Below, piece after piece: positions 20,301-33,612 of a stretch of 64,000 nt of DNA. The DNA is taken from the NCBI GenBank assembly GCA_947629325.1, contig CANRDE010000001.1:4028-68027 (forward strand), written 5' to 3'. Numbering within the stretch: position 1 is the stretch's first letter; the number at the start of each line of letters is the position of its first letter. Source of the DNA: an uncultured Bacilli bacterium. GTDB taxonomy: Bacteria; Bacillota_I; Bacilli_A; RF39; UBA660. The position numbers were made by a program, and so were the translations under genes. The notes under the pieces were generated by a model. It saw nothing but the letters and a program-made list of their open reading frames with translations. It was not told the DNA's origin and did no database searches.

Positions 20301-23300
20301 CTAAAATAAACTTAATTGCGCTGATTCGGGCATATTTTTAAATACTCCTAATGCTTTTAGTTTTTCCATAGTTGAAGCATTAACTTTACCTCTCTCTTGA
20401 AAATCTTCTATACAATAGTAAGCTTTTTTATTTCTTTCCTCGACAATTTGATTGGCAACAGCATCTCCTAAACCATCCAATGTTCTAAAAGGAGAAATTA
20501 ATGTTTTACCATCATCATCGATTACATAATTTTTAGCTTGACTTCTTTCAATATCAATATTGCCAAATTTAAATCCTCTGGCGGTAGCCTCTAAGGCTAA
20601 TTTCAAAGTTTCTAATAAAGAGGTCTCTTTACTAGAAGCTTCATTTCCTTTACCTATTATTTCATTAATGCGGGCTTTAATTGCATCATATCCTCTAATC
20701 ATTGTTTCCAATTCAAAGTCGTCAAAACGAGTAGAAAAATAAGAAGCATAATATTCAGCCGGATAATGAACTTTAAAATAAGCTATTCGAAAAGCACTCA
20801 TAACATAAGCTGCCGCATGAGCTTTAGGAAACATATATTTGATTTTAGCGCAAGATTCAATATACCAATCAGGTATTCCCGTGGCTTCCATTGTTTCTTT
20901 ATGTTTAGCCCACCCTTCTGGGTCTTTACTTGCCTTTCCTTTTCGAACAAACTCCATTATTTTAAAGGCTTTTAATGGTTCCATTCCACATTGAATTAAA
21001 AATACCATAATATCATCACGACAACCTATTACTTCTTTAAAAGGTACTACGCCCTTGCGAATTAATTCTTGGGCATTACCTAACCATACATCAGTACCAT
21101 GGGATAAACCAGATATCTTTATAAGTTCCCCAAAAGTAGTTGGCTTCGTATCTCGAAGCATTCCAATTGTAAAATCGGTACCAAATTCTGGAACTCCTAA
21201 AGTACCCGTATCATTCATAATTTGTTCTTTGGTTACTCCTAAAGGCTCTGGCGATAAAAACAAGCCCATTGTTGGTTTATCATCAAAAGGAACAGTTTTA
21301 ACATCTATTCCAGTTAAATCCTGTAACATTCTTAATTGAGTAGGATCAGTATGTCCCAAAATGTCTAGTTTCAAAACATCTTGGTCAATAGCATGATAAT
21401 CAAAATGAGTCGTCCGCCAAGTAGCATCAACATTTTCAGCCGGAAATTGGTAAGGAGTAAAATCAAATACATCCATATACCCAGGAATAACAACGATTCC
21501 GCCGGGATGTTGACCTGTAGTTCTTTTAACTCCTACGCAACCGGCCGCAAGCCGTTCTACTTCAATATTACGCATAACAATATTAAAATCCTCACAATAA
21601 TTTTTGACAAATCCATAAGCGGTTTTCTCAGCTACTGTACCGATTGTTCCGGCTCTATAGACATTATCAACTCCAAATAATACTTTTGTATATTCATGAG
21701 CAGCGGCTTGATTTAAATCAGAAAAGTTTAAATCGATATCAGGAACTTTATCGGCATTAAACCCTAAAAAAGTTGCAAAAGGCATATCTTCTCCATCTTT
21801 TATCATTTTTACTCCACAATTAGGGCAATTTTTATCAGGCAAATCGAAACCTATGCCATATTCAATGGCTAAATCTTCGCCTTTTTCGTTTTTAAATATA
21901 GATAATTTGCATTTAGGGCAGCGATAATGACTAGGCAAAGGATTTACCTCAGTAATTCCCATCATCGTAGCAACAAAAGAAGAACCAACAGAACCTCTTG
22001 AACCGACTAGAAAGCCATCATCATTACTTTTTTTAACTAATTTTTGAGCAATTAGATAAATAACATCAAAACCGCCGCCAATTATTCCTTTTAGTTCTTG
22101 TTCAATTCTCTCGCGAATATTATCCGGAAGAGGATCTCCATACCATTCTTTGGCTTTAGTATAGACCATATCTTCTACTATTTCCTTAGAATTTTCTATT
22201 TTAGGTGAAAAAGGAACTCCACCTGTTTCAATTATAACTTCTACTATTTCACATTGAGAAGCTACTTTATTAGTATTAGTTATTACTATTTCTTTGGCTT
22301 TTTCTTCTCCCAAAAACATAAAAGCATCTAACATTTCCTTCGTAGTATAAAAATGCATATCAGGAACGGTAATATCTTTTTTATTTAAAGGATGAAGTTT
22401 TCCATTAGCACGTTGGTCAATAATTATATCGCGATATATTTTATCATCTCTTGTTAAATGATGGGCGTCACTAGTAGCACAAACAATAACGCCGGCTTCA
22501 TCAGCAACTCTTATAATTTTTTTAATATGATCATAAATATCCGCTAAGGATTTTATAGAACTGCTTTCCATATTAATAAGGAATGAATACACTTCGGGAG
22601 GTTGAACCTCTATATAATCATAATATTGCATCATTTTAGCTAATTCTTCATCTTCTTTAGTAAAAGCGGCCTCAAATATTTCCCCATTAACACATCCACT
22701 ACCAAATAATAATCCTTCTCGATGTTCATTTAATTCATTTCTTGGTAATTTAGTTTGATCCCCTTTATATAAATATTTGGTATTAGCATAACTAATTAAC
22801 TTAAATAAATTTTTAAGCCCAACTTTATTTTTGACTAGAATTGACATATGAAAAGGCTTGGAAAATTTTAATAACTCTTCTTGATTAACTGAATTATTAA
22901 ATTTTGTCGTAGTTTCTATATTACGATTACTTAAAACCTTAGCCATTTTATAAAAACCAATTGCAGTTCCTTCACTATCATAATCAGCTCTATGATGAGA
23001 ATCTTCATCCCAAGGCACTTCTAGATTTTTAACTAAAGTAGATAATTTATGATTTTTCCAATTTGGATATAAACTTCTCGCCATTCCCATAGTATCTAAA
23101 ACGGTATTTTTAAATTCACCTAAATTATATTTATTCATAGCTGCACTTATAAAGCCTATATCAAATTTAGCATTATGGGCTACCATTGGTAAATTACCAA
23201 CAAAATCTAAAAATCTTTTGGTAACATTTTCTTCACTATCTTTATCTCGTAACATTTCATCAGTAATATTAGTTAATTCCACTATTTTATTAGGTAGCTT

Positions 23301-24626
23301 GCGATAAGGATTTATTAATTCATCAAAACGATCTGTAATTATACCATTTTTAATTTTGACAGCTCCAATTTCAATCATTTGATCGGAAAAAGGAGTAAAA
23401 CCAGTTGTTTCGGTATCAAAGACAACATATTCTTGATCTAATAAATCATAGTCTTTTAGATTATATATTAAATCATTTTCGTTATTTACGACACTCATTT
23501 CTGCTCCGTATATAACTTTAAATTTATCTGCCTCATTTTCAATGTCTTTATTTATATCACAGACTGTATGATATAAATCGGGATATGATTGTAAACAATT
23601 ATGGTCAGTAACCGCAACCGCTTTATGTCCCAGTTTCTTGGCAAATTTCACTAAGGCCTTAGCATCAATTACGCCATCCATTGCACTCATCATTGTATGA
23701 GTATGAAGTTCTACTCTTTTTTCCTCAGCTTCATCAGTAATTACCTCATCTTTACTAGGGATAAGTTCAATACTGCGCCCATTAATAACCATTTGTCTTA
23801 AATAATTATCCATTTCTACATTGCCAACTATTCGAACCCATTTACCTACTTTAATTCCTTTTAATATTTGCTGATACTCATCACTATTAAAGCGTACAAA
23901 TTTTACCAAAAAACTATCGGTTTTATCACTAACTTTCAAATTTATGATATAAGCCGTCGCCTTTTGGCCTTTTCTTTCACTATTATCAATGCCAAAAATA
24001 AAACCTTCAATAATAATGTTTTTTTGTTCTCCGACAATATTTTTGATTAAAGTTATTTCCCCATCTTTATGAAAGCCAAATAATACAGGACTTTCTTCTT
24101 TTTTTTCAACCTTTACTTCTTTAGTTTCGGCAATTTCTTTTTTAATTTCCTTATTTTTTTCTTCATTAATAGCAATTTCAATTTTAAAATCCCCTAAGCC
24201 ATAATTTTTTAAAGTAGTAATAATATCATTTTCATATTTACCTAATGATGTTACTTCAGTTTGACTAACTACTTCTAAATAAATAACGTTATTTTCTTCT
24301 TTAACAAAACTATTTTCTAAACCCATTAATGATGGATGTTCAAAAATAACTGCCTCTAAAATCGTTTTTATATAATTTTCTAAATCTTCTGGGGTTATAT
24401 GGTCATAAACCATTTCAATATAACATTTATCTTTTCCATTAATTCCTTTTTTGGCCGCATTGAAAAGACTAGTTATTTTATCATAAGCAATAACTTTATT
24501 ACTTTTTAAGTATACATAATATATCTTTTTTTCTCGATTAAAAATTACTTTTAAAACCGTCGTATCAGCAAAATCGTCACTATATTCAAAATCAATACTT
24601 TTAAAAAATCTTAATACTTCTTCCAT
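20301..24626 (-). CDS. polC: DNA polymerase III PolC-type (alpha subunit with proofreading exonuclease)
   Basis: 1441 aa with a PHP domain, DEDDh exonuclease (VVFDTETTG), Zn-finger CPKC...CPNC and a polymerase core. Confidence 0.95.
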   Translation of the reverse strand: MEEVLRFFKSIDFEYSDDFADTTVLKVIFNREKKIYYVYLKSNKVIAYDKITSLFNAAKKGINGKDKCYIEMVYDHITPEDLENYIKTILEAVIFEHPSLMGLENSFVKEENNVIYLEVVSQTEVTSLGKYENDIITTLKNYGLGDFKIEIAINEEKNKEIKKEIAETKEVKVEKKEESPVLFGFHKDGEITLIKNIVGEQKNIIIEGFIFGIDNSERKGQKATAYIINLKVSDKTDSFLVKFVRFNSDEYQQILKGIKVGKWVRIVGNVEMDNYLRQMVINGRSIELIPSKDEVITDEAEEKRVELHTHTMMSAMDGVIDAKALVKFAKKLGHKAVAVTDHNCLQSYPDLYHTVCDINKDIENEADKFKVIYGAEMSVVNNENDLIYNLKDYDLLDQEYVVFDTETTGFTPFSDQMIEIGAVKIKNGIITDRFDELINPYRKLPNKIVELTNITDEMLRDKDSEENVTKRFLDFVGNLPMVAHNAKFDIGFISAAMNKYNLGEFKNTVLDTMGMARSLYPNWKNHKLSTLVKNLEVPWDEDSHHRADYDSEGTAIGFYKMAKVLSNRNIETTTKFNNSVNQEELLKFSKPFHMSILVKNKVGLKNLFKLISYANTKYLYKGDQTKLPRNELNEHREGLLFGSGCVNGEIFEAAFTKEDEELAKMMQYYDYIEVQPPEVYSFLINMESSSIKSLADIYDHIKKIIRVADEAGVIVCATSDAHHLTRDDKIYRDIIIDQRANGKLHPLNKKDITVPDMHFYTTKEMLDAFMFLGEEKAKEIVITNTNKVASQCEIVEVIIETGGVPFSPKIENSKEIVEDMVYTKAKEWYGDPLPDNIRERIEQELKGIIGGGFDVIYLIAQKLVKKSNDDGFLVGSRGSVGSSFVATMMGITEVNPLPSHYRCPKCKLSIFKNEKGEDLAIEYGIGFDLPDKNCPNCGVKMIKDGEDMPFATFLGFNADKVPDIDLNFSDLNQAAAHEYTKVLFGVDNVYRAGTIGTVAEKTAYGFVKNYCEDFNIVMRNIEVERLAAGCVGVKRTTGQHPGGIVVIPGYMDVFDFTPYQFPAENVDATWRTTHFDYHAIDQDVLKLDILGHTDPTQLRMLQDLTGIDVKTVPFDDKPTMGLFLSPEPLGVTKEQIMNDTGTLGVPEFGTDFTIGMLRDTKPTTFGELIKISGLSHGTDVWLGNAQELIRKGVVPFKEVIGCRDDIMVFLIQCGMEPLKAFKIMEFVRKGKASKDPEGWAKHKETMEATGIPDWYIESCAKIKYMFPKAHAAAYVMSAFRIAYFKVHYPAEYYASYFSTRFDDFELETMIRGYDAIKARINEIIGKGNEASSKETSLLETLKLALEATARGFKFGNIDIERSQAKNYVIDDDGKTLISPFRTLDGLGDAVANQIVEERNKKAYYCIEDFQERGKVNASTMEKLKALGVFKNMPESAQLSLF

Positions 24627-24630
24627 GTTG

Positions 24631-27501
24631 TTACTCCTTAATCATTCTATCTATAATTATACTATATTTATCCAATCTTTTGCTAACTGTTCCCCATATT
24701 TTTATCATATCATTCTTTTTTAAATCTTTATTGGCAGCATAAATTTTAGGGAAAACAGTAAAATTGCCCGTATCAGTTTCGTCACTAGCTGTAATAAAAG
24801 CCATTTCCTCATTATTTTTAGTTTTTATTCTTTTTATATCTTCAATCATAACATAACAAATAACTTTTTTAAACAAATTATTTTGCAATTGATCTAATTT
24901 CATCACTTCATCACTTTTTAATTTACTAGCAGGATGATTGGAAATAAAAAATCCATAACTATTTATTTCATTTTGTTTTAAAATATCTAAAGAATATTCA
25001 CTAGTCATTTCAATTTCTGGTATTAACGCATACTCTCCTAAATCTAAATATAAATTACCATAATTTATCAATTTATCTAAATTAGTTATTAACGTTTTAG
25101 TATTTAACTTAAATTCTTTTAATACATTGGCATTAATTAACATAATATACTCATTTTTAGTGATTATAGAAACCGTTCTTTTAAAGAAATCAAAAATATC
25201 TTTAAACTTCCCATTGTTATTTCTTTCTTTAAGCAAAGCTTTTATTAATTCACTTCTAATATTTTTAATCATTTTAAATGGTAAAAATACTACGTTATTT
25301 TTTAATACAAAATTATCTTCGGAATAATTAATACTAACGGGATATATTTTTAAATTAGCTTTTTTTAAATCCGTTAAATAACTTTTCATTTTTTCCATAC
25401 TGCCAATGGCATTATTTAGAAGTTCAAACAAAAATAATGATTTATAATGCACTTTTAAATAAGCCATTTGATAAGATACTAAAGCATAAGAAACGGAATG
25501 AGCTTTATTAAAGGCATAGGCGGAAAAATTCATAATATGATTGTAAATATTTTGAGCTAAATCTTTTTGATAACCATTTTTAATACTTCTTTCAATAAAA
25601 TTATTTTCTTCTTTTAAAATGATATCTTTCTTTTTCTTAGCCATAGCTCTTCTTATATTATCCGCTTCGGCATAACTAAAAGATGCCATTTTTACTAAGA
25701 TACTAATTACTTGTTCTTGATAAACAATAACACCATAAGTTTCTTCTAAAATATCACGTAAAGAATCATGATAATAAGTAATTTTCTCTTGTTTATTTTT
25801 TCTTCGAATATATGTTGCTAGTTCATTACTAGGTCCTGGTCGAACTAAAGCAATAGATGCTACTAACTCTTGAAAATTTTGAGGTTTATACTTTGTTAAC
25901 ATCTTTTTAAAAGTAGGGGTTTCAAATTGAAATATTCCATCAGTATCAGCATTTTGAAATAAAGCATAAACTTCTTTATCAGCCAAAGAAATTTTATTAA
26001 GATTAAAATTGGGAATGTTATTAATAATATTGCTAATAGTACTCAAATTTTTTAAAGCTAAAAAATCCATTTTTAAAAGTCCTAAATCTTCTAAATATTC
26101 CATGCTTACGCCTGTTAAATAAATTTCTTTATTTTTATACATCGGAATAATTTCATCTAAAGGCCGATCCCCGATAACTATTCCTGCAGCATGCGTACTA
26201 ATATTTCTTTTTAAACCTTCTAATTTTAAAGAAATTTCATATAAATTTTTTAATTCGGGATAGTTTTTTAAATAATCTTGAACCGTTTTATTTTCATAAT
26301 TACTTTTTAGATCCAAATCTTTATTAATAATTTTTAAAAATTTATTTAAAAGTCTTTCATCTATATTTAATATTTTGCCTATTTCTCTTAATACTAATCT
26401 TGTCTTAAGAGTTGCAAACGTCATCCCGCCCGCAACATTTTGAGTTCCATATTTCTCTTTAACATAATTTATAACTTCTTCACGTCTCGTATTATCAAAA
26501 TCAATATCAATATCTGGCATTGATACTCGTTCATAGTTTAAAAATCTTTCAAATAATAAATTATATTGAAGAGGGTCAATATCAGTTATGCCTAATACAT
26601 AACTAACCAAAGATCCCGCAGCACTTCCCCGCCCTGGCCCTACTAATATATTATTTTTCTTGGCATAGAGAACATAATCATAAACAATTAAAAAGTAATC
26701 AACAAAGCCCATTTTTTTAATAACTATTAATTCGTATTTTAATCTTTGCAAATATTCTTTAGTGATCTTATTATTTAATCTTTTTTGCAAACCTTTAACA
26801 CTTAAATTATAAAGTAATTTAAAAGAATCTTCCTCCTTTTTATATTGAGGAATATATCTTTTTCCTACCGGCATTTCTACATTTAAAAAACTAACTACTT
26901 TTTCCATATTTTTCATATCAAAATCAGTTAAATTTTGAAAATCAAAATAATTATGAAGGTAAGATTCATTATGTCTTTCAGCCATAATATCTAAATATTT
27001 TAAATATTGGGCGTCTTCTAATTTAAAAGATTTTATATCATTAACATATACAACATTTTGACTTTTTATTAAACTATTTTGTAACTCTTCTCTATTTTGA
27101 TAACCAATAAATAAGTGTTTAATAAATGTTAAGTCATCATAAAGTTCTAAACTTTTAAAAGGAATTATACCTAAAATATTATCACTTAAATTTTGGAGTT
27201 CAGCTACACTCAAGTTTCTTTCGTTCACAATTGTGTTTATTTTTAACAAATTTTTATATCCCAAATAATTTTCAGCATATAGATAAAGAGGATAATTATT
27301 AATAATTACTTCTAAACCAATTATAGGTTTAATATTATTTTGCTTACAAGTTTTATAAAATTCAACTGCTCCAAATAAATTAGAATCACATATAGCACAA
27401 CTCTTAAGGTTATTTTGCACACAAAAATTAATCAAATCTTTAATTTTAATCAAGCTTTTTAACAAGCTATAATCTGTTGTAACTTTAAGCGGTGTATACA
27501 T
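24631..27501 (-). CDS. dnaE: DNA polymerase III alpha subunit DnaE
   Basis: MYTPLKVTTDYSLL PHP start and a polymerase core (GIVIGDRP). Ends 4 nt upstream of polC. Confidence 0.9.
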   Translation of the reverse strand: MYTPLKVTTDYSLLKSLIKIKDLINFCVQNNLKSCAICDSNLFGAVEFYKTCKQNNIKPIIGLEVIINNYPLYLYAENYLGYKNLLKINTIVNERNLSVAELQNLSDNILGIIPFKSLELYDDLTFIKHLFIGYQNREELQNSLIKSQNVVYVNDIKSFKLEDAQYLKYLDIMAERHNESYLHNYFDFQNLTDFDMKNMEKVVSFLNVEMPVGKRYIPQYKKEEDSFKLLYNLSVKGLQKRLNNKITKEYLQRLKYELIVIKKMGFVDYFLIVYDYVLYAKKNNILVGPGRGSAAGSLVSYVLGITDIDPLQYNLLFERFLNYERVSMPDIDIDFDNTRREEVINYVKEKYGTQNVAGGMTFATLKTRLVLREIGKILNIDERLLNKFLKIINKDLDLKSNYENKTVQDYLKNYPELKNLYEISLKLEGLKRNISTHAAGIVIGDRPLDEIIPMYKNKEIYLTGVSMEYLEDLGLLKMDFLALKNLSTISNIINNIPNFNLNKISLADKEVYALFQNADTDGIFQFETPTFKKMLTKYKPQNFQELVASIALVRPGPSNELATYIRRKNKQEKITYYHDSLRDILEETYGVIVYQEQVISILVKMASFSYAEADNIRRAMAKKKKDIILKEENNFIERSIKNGYQKDLAQNIYNHIMNFSAYAFNKAHSVSYALVSYQMAYLKVHYKSLFLFELLNNAIGSMEKMKSYLTDLKKANLKIYPVSINYSEDNFVLKNNVVFLPFKMIKNIRSELIKALLKERNNNGKFKDIFDFFKRTVSIITKNEYIMLINANVLKEFKLNTKTLITNLDKLINYGNLYLDLGEYALIPEIEMTSEYSLDILKQNEINSYGFFISNHPASKLKSDEVMKLDQLQNNLFKKVICYVMIEDIKRIKTKNNEEMAFITASDETDTGNFTVFPKIYAANKDLKKNDMIKIWGTVSKRLDKYSIIIDRMIKE

Positions 27502-27597
27502 GGAATCCTCCTTAAATTCATTATATCACATACTCTAAAATATTTGACATATCTTTTAATATATGATAAAGTTTTAAAAGACAAAGGAGGCATTATA

Positions 27598-27756
27598 ATG
27601 GCAAAGAAAATAACTACTAAAAAACCTTTAACCGGAAATTTAAGAAGCCATGCTTTAAATGCTACAAAAATGAAACAAAAACCTAATTTACAAAAGAAAA
27701 CAATTAATGGTAAAAAAGTAATAATTAGTGCAAGAGAAGCGAAAAAAATGAAATAA
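27598..27756 (+). CDS. rpmB: 50S ribosomal protein L28
   Basis: MAKKITTKKPLTGNLRSHALNATK matches L28. AAGGAGG RBS. ATG 27598 chosen instead of the ORF-track start 27544. Confidence 0.85.
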   Translation: MAKKITTKKPLTGNLRSHALNATKMKQKPNLQKKTINGKKVIISAREAKKMK

Positions 27757-27780
27757 ACTTAGTATATCTAAGTTTTTTTA
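27755..27780 (+). terminator. rpmB terminator
   Basis: aaacttag-tatat-ctaagttt hairpin followed by TTTTT. Confidence 0.55.
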
Positions 27781-27782
27781 TT

Positions 27783-27811
27783 GTCAAAAAAAGAACCGTT
27801 AAGGTTCTTTT
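27783..27811 (-). terminator. ligA terminator
   Basis: aaagaacc-gttaa-ggttcttt hairpin preceded on the plus strand by an A7 run, which is a U-run on the minus transcript. Confidence 0.5.
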
Positions 27812-27847
27812 GTTTAAATATGATTTCAACATTATCTAGTCTGCTAA

Positions 27848-30744
<2,897 letters not shown>

Positions 30745-30745
30745 T

Positions 30746-32833
30746 TTATTTTCCTTTCTTTAATCCTTTATAATTTTTTAAAAATTTCTTAATACCAAAT
30801 CTTTTATTAAATGCCACACTGACAAATCGCTCATCAACTTCAACTACTACCCCTCTTCCAAATGATAAATGATTTACAACATCTCCACTATGATAATCCT
30901 CATTATCTTCGCTATATAATAATTCTTTATTTATTTTCTTTTTCTCTTCTGTTTTGGCAATATTTGATTCCAGATATTCATTAGCTATCTCATTAATAAA
31001 ACGAGAAGGCGGATTAATCATATCTTTTCCATAAAGCATTCGAACTTTGGCATTGGTCAAATACAATCTTTCTTTGGCCCTCGTTATACCAACATAACAG
31101 AGTCTTCTTTCTTCCTCAATACCATTTTCTTCATTATAAGCATTAGAATGAGGCATTAAACCTTCTTCCATTCCTACCATAAAAACTACTTTAAATTCTA
31201 ACCCTTTTGCAGAATGAAAAGTCATTAAAGTAATGGTATCAGCATCGGCTTGATGTTCAGTAATATCAGAAATTAAACTAATTTCATCTAAAAAATCCTG
31301 TAAATTAACACTACCGGTTACATTTTGGTAACTTTCGGTAATACTTCTAAATTCCATTAAATTTTCTAATCTTAATTCCCCTTCTAAAGTTTGCTCTTTA
31401 GTAATTTCTTCTTTAATTCCAGTTTTTATTAATACTTCATCAATCAGTTCTGTTAATGATAAAGATTCGGATTCTTTCGTTAATGCTTCAATAATGTTTT
31501 TAAATTCTAATTCTTTGCCTTTATTAATTTTACTATACATAGAAGTATTATCTTCTTTAGCAGCTAATTCAATATTTTCGATAGTCTTAGTGCCAATGCC
31601 TCTTTTAGGCTCATTAATAATACGTTTTAAAGCTATATCATCATCATGATTAGCAATTAACTTTAAATAACTTATTAAATCTTTAATCTCTTTACGTTTA
31701 TAGAAATAAAAACTACCTACTACTTTATAAGGAAAATTATTTTTAATCATTGCTTCTTCATAAATCCGCGACTGAGCATTAGTACGATAAAAAATAGCTA
31801 TATCGCTCTTATTATACCCTAAATTTAATAAATCTTTTATTTCATTTATAACAATATTTACTTCTTGTTGGCCATCATTAGCTCTTAAATATTTAACTTT
31901 TACGCCTTCGCCTAATTCACTATATAAATTAACATCTTTTCTTTCTACGTTATTCTTAATAACAGAATTAGCAGCGTTTAATATATTAGTTGTACTGCGA
32001 TAATTTTGGTTTAACACAATAACATTAGCATCAGGATAATCTTTTTCGAAATTTAAAATATTTTTATAATTGGCTTGCCTAAAACCATAAATGGCTTGAT
32101 TTTGATCTCCGACAACAAAAATATTGCGATATTTTTGACTTAATAATTTTACTAACTTATATTGAACTTCATTGGTGTCTTGATATTCGTCTATTAAAAT
32201 ATATTGATATTTGTCTTGATAATGTTCTAATATATCTTTGTTTTTAATAAATAAATCAACTGGCAACTTTAGTAAATCATCAAAATCAACAACATTATTT
32301 TTCTTTAGTACCTTTTGATATTCATAATAGACTTGCATCGCTATTTTTTCTGGATCAGATAAAAATAATCTCGTTATTTCAGCATCACTTAGCATTTCGT
32401 TTTTAATAAAGCTAATTCGATTACGAATATAAGAAGGCGATGTAATTTTAATATCATAGCCTAAATCTTTCATTATTTTTTTTATTATACTTAAAACATC
32501 TTCGGAATCTAAAATGGTAAAACTTTTAGTTAGCCCTAGAGATTCATAATTTTCTTTAATAATTCTTAAACCAAAAGAATGAAATGTACCAACAAAAGCA
32601 TAATTATCATTAACTATTTTACCAACTCTTTCTTTCATTTCTTTGGCGGCTTTATTAGTAAAAGTAATAGCTAAAATATTACCACTATAAATACCATTAT
32701 CAATTAAATATGCTATTCTAGTTGTTAAAACCTTTGTTTTGCCCGAACCAGCTCCAGCTACTACTAAACAAGGTCCATTAATATGTGTTACAGCTTCTTT
32801 TTGTTCTTTGTTTAAGTTGTTTAAATATTCCAT
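30746..32833 (-). CDS. pcrA: ATP-dependent DNA helicase PcrA/UvrD family
   Basis: Walker A GAGSGKT, DEYQD motif and UvrD helicase motifs. Confidence 0.85.
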   Translation of the reverse strand: MEYLNNLNKEQKEAVTHINGPCLVVAGAGSGKTKVLTTRIAYLIDNGIYSGNILAITFTNKAAKEMKERVGKIVNDNYAFVGTFHSFGLRIIKENYESLGLTKSFTILDSEDVLSIIKKIMKDLGYDIKITSPSYIRNRISFIKNEMLSDAEITRLFLSDPEKIAMQVYYEYQKVLKKNNVVDFDDLLKLPVDLFIKNKDILEHYQDKYQYILIDEYQDTNEVQYKLVKLLSQKYRNIFVVGDQNQAIYGFRQANYKNILNFEKDYPDANVIVLNQNYRSTTNILNAANSVIKNNVERKDVNLYSELGEGVKVKYLRANDGQQEVNIVINEIKDLLNLGYNKSDIAIFYRTNAQSRIYEEAMIKNNFPYKVVGSFYFYKRKEIKDLISYLKLIANHDDDIALKRIINEPKRGIGTKTIENIELAAKEDNTSMYSKINKGKELEFKNIIEALTKESESLSLTELIDEVLIKTGIKEEITKEQTLEGELRLENLMEFRSITESYQNVTGSVNLQDFLDEISLISDITEHQADADTITLMTFHSAKGLEFKVVFMVGMEEGLMPHSNAYNEENGIEEERRLCYVGITRAKERLYLTNAKVRMLYGKDMINPPSRFINEIANEYLESNIAKTEEKKKINKELLYSEDNEDYHSGDVVNHLSFGRGVVVEVDERFVSVAFNKRFGIKKFLKNYKGLKKGK

Positions 32834-32896
32834 ATGTTTACCTCTTATATAATTATTATAACATTTTATATATTTTAAGTCATTAAAAAAAGCAAG

Positions 32897-33496
32897 TTAT
32901 TTTCCTTGCTCTCTTGTTCTTTTTAAAGCTGATGATTTAGTAGGAAATACTTCACTTAGAAATATATCTAAAATAGCTTCTGCTGGCACTTGATTATTTA
33001 ATGTTTCTGATATTACTGAAGATAATTTGCCTAATTGTTCCTCAATATTTGGAACATTTTCTTGAGGAGTATTGGTCATTATATCTTCAAAAGGAATAAA
33101 CTCTTCTGTATCGGTAAGTTCTACTCTTTTGCAATATATTTGTCGAGGACCATTATTTACAAATTTTTGTCCTATTTCATAGCCAACATTATTATAAGAT
33201 ATTCTAAAAAAATATTTGTTATCTTGCAATACTGGATAAATATAATTATTAAAAGCATAAAGACCAATTCCTTCGTGGAAAAATTCTAAATCTTTAACAT
33301 TCCTCATATCACTAACTTGAATTGGCGTGGCAAAATATTGCCAAGCATTAGAAGAAAACTCAGGAAATTTATCAGTAAAATGTTGAAGCCAACAAATATA
33401 TTCTTCACTTTCAAATGCATAAACATATTTATCTATCCATCTTTCTTTTCTTTCTTCATCAGTTACAATGGTTTTATTTAATTGTTCTTTTGCCAT
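32897..33496 (-). CDS. hypothetical protein (199 aa)
   Basis: Long ORF; no motif recognised. Confidence 0.45.
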   Translation of the reverse strand: MAKEQLNKTIVTDEERKERWIDKYVYAFESEEYICWLQHFTDKFPEFSSNAWQYFATPIQVSDMRNVKDLEFFHEGIGLYAFNNYIYPVLQDNKYFFRISYNNVGYEIGQKFVNNGPRQIYCKRVELTDTEEFIPFEDIMTNTPQENVPNIEEQLGKLSSVISETLNNQVPAEAILDIFLSEVFPTKSSALKRTREQGK

Positions 33497-33585
33497 TCAG
33501 ACGCCTCCCTAAATTTCTATGTCTATTATTATATTTATTTGTCAACATTTGTCAAGAATGGAAAATTCATTCTATTTTGGTTAAT

Positions 33586-33612
33586 AATAATATTTAAAAA
33601 GCGACTTTTAAA
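33586..33612 (-). terminator. hairpin terminator at the 3' end of 33608..34765
   Basis: aagcgactttt/aaaagtcgctt inverted repeat overlapping the stop codon, followed by a U-run on the minus transcript. Coordinates are approximate: the displayed sequence line starting 33601 shows only 50 nt. Confidence 0.45.

Noticed and set aside
27544-27597. ORF-track N-terminal extension of rpmB (MTYLLIYDKV…)
   Set aside because: The extension overlaps the promoter and RBS. L28 starts at MAKKITTKK, downstream of AAGGAGG.
33598-33612. Apparent mismatch between the stop codon position I read (33598..33600) and the ORF-track end (33608)
   Set aside because: The displayed line beginning at 33601 contains only 50 nt, so 10 nt are missing from the display. 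This is a formatting issue rather than biology, and coordinates in 33601..33660 carry ±10 nt uncertainty.
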